Made by a program: the position numbers and the translations under genes. A DNA stretch of 63,989 nucleotides, counting the filler, from Sphaeroforma arctica JP610 (lineage: Eukaryota), in the NCBI RefSeq assembly GCF_001186125.1. It is 4 parts of 2 records of this genome, joined end to end, with 100 filler letters (N's around TTAATTAATTAA, not from the genome) between each part and the next. Parts side by side here need not be neighbours in the genome. Positions count along the whole stretch, not along the records: positions 59,829 to 63,989 come from NW_014040550.1; 3 more parts are not named here. One strand, 5' to 3'. Below the pieces are notes generated by a model that worked only from the letters and a program-made list of their open reading frames with translations, had not been told where the DNA came from and searched no databases. Positions 63,201-63,989 of the stretch are shown here, piece after piece (the first letter of the stretch is position 1; each line of letters begins with the position of its first letter).

Positions 63201-63533
63201 GGTCGTCTGGGCTGTGAAATATATGTGTTCGTCCGCTAGCACTTCTCAACCCTGCCCTTCTAAACCCTACCCTCCCAACAACAGGTTTGCCAAGGTCTGG
63301 GTATCACAGTGCGGTACAAATCGCCTAATATAACTGAGGCTAGCGATTGGTCGGGGTGTTTTGTCACCAGTACATCTCGCCTGGTTTTGCCTATAGATAC
63401 GCTGACCTGTCTCGCAGAGAAGCAGTTGGGCGGTGGTAAGGTCATCGAGTTTGGTGCGTGTCCGCAGGTGGATAGTATACGACGTGAGGTCAAAGCACAT
63501 ATTCGAGAATCGTGTGTGCAGATCCTAGGATAG
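60235..63533 (+). CDS. Class IV PLP-dependent aminotransferase / ADC-lyase-like protein, 5' incomplete
   Basis: Exons ~60235-60304, 60672-60785, 61096-61221, 61881-62022, 62500-62597, 63285-63533 give RTNPNAKDSAWVRER..VDEILL..GEISEG/MSSNFF..VLRGTVRALVL/VC..WSGCFVTSTSRLVLPI. Confidence 0.85.
61230..61590. repeat. Degenerate ~85-bp tandem repeat x3-4, intronic
   Basis: tgagggtgtatccgctggctaaggttgtgtgagtatattaa..tatct..gtaatggcgtgagta repeated at ~61326, 61411, 61496. Confidence 0.85.
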
Positions 63534-63989
63534 GGTCTTGGCAGACGCTCGGGTTGGTCGTACTGCCTTGCGGTGTAGTAGTTAGTAATAGCAGATAGGC
63601 ATAGAGTAGAGCAGTACTCCAATCTCAAATAAATAAATAGTAAGCATAGCACTTGTCCAATAATGAACGAGCAGTAGTTTGAGTGTACTTCTCCTCTCGA
63701 TGAATGGGAAACTCCTGTATACCTTTGCGAACTCAAATGAATAGTGGGTGCTACATGCTTCTCGGATTGCACATGAACAGTGAAGTGTTCATATCGATTC
63801 AATATAAACGGTAGTCAAAGTAGTACACTGCGTCCAGAATCTACTGCCGGTAAAGTATAAACAGCAGATGGAAGAAAATTGACTGGGTTCAAAAGACAGC
63901 GGGAGTGGTATACTTTTGTTCGATTTTGAGTACTCATAGTCTAGCAAGAAGGGTTGTTCCCACGAGAGTGTTACCACTTAAGATTCGTA

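Overview
Intron-rich eukaryotic genomic scaffold with N-gaps and many TA/CA/TACA microsatellites. Gene content and intron style suggest a unicellular opisthokont such as an ichthyosporean (inference only). Six host genes are supported: (1) a large multi-exon LRR protein on the minus strand (~5-17.4 kb) whose last exon reads like a degenerate PARP/ADP-ribosyltransferase fold; (2) an SLC26/SulP anion transporter with STAS domain (+, ~19.9-31.4 kb); (3) the mitochondrial citrate carrier SLC25A1 (-, 33.2-36.4 kb); (4) an intronless forkhead transcription factor (+, 54.0-56.2 kb); (5) ADAT3/Tad3 (-, 57.2-59.6 kb, 5' end in a gap); (6) a class IV PLP aminotransferase (+, 60.2-63.5 kb). Mobile DNA: a decayed DIRS-type retrotransposon with a tandemly amplified ~279-bp segment (1-2.8 kb), and a 17.6-kb transposon-rich interval (36.4-54 kb). 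That interval holds a rearranged Gypsy-like LTR element carrying a captured group II intron RT fragment read with TGA=Trp (probable NUMT), a pogo DDE remnant, five CTAACCTCA-ended MITEs with 8-bp TSDs, and a ~700-bp palindrome. All domain calls come from manual motif reading, not database searches, and exon coordinates are approximate unless stated.
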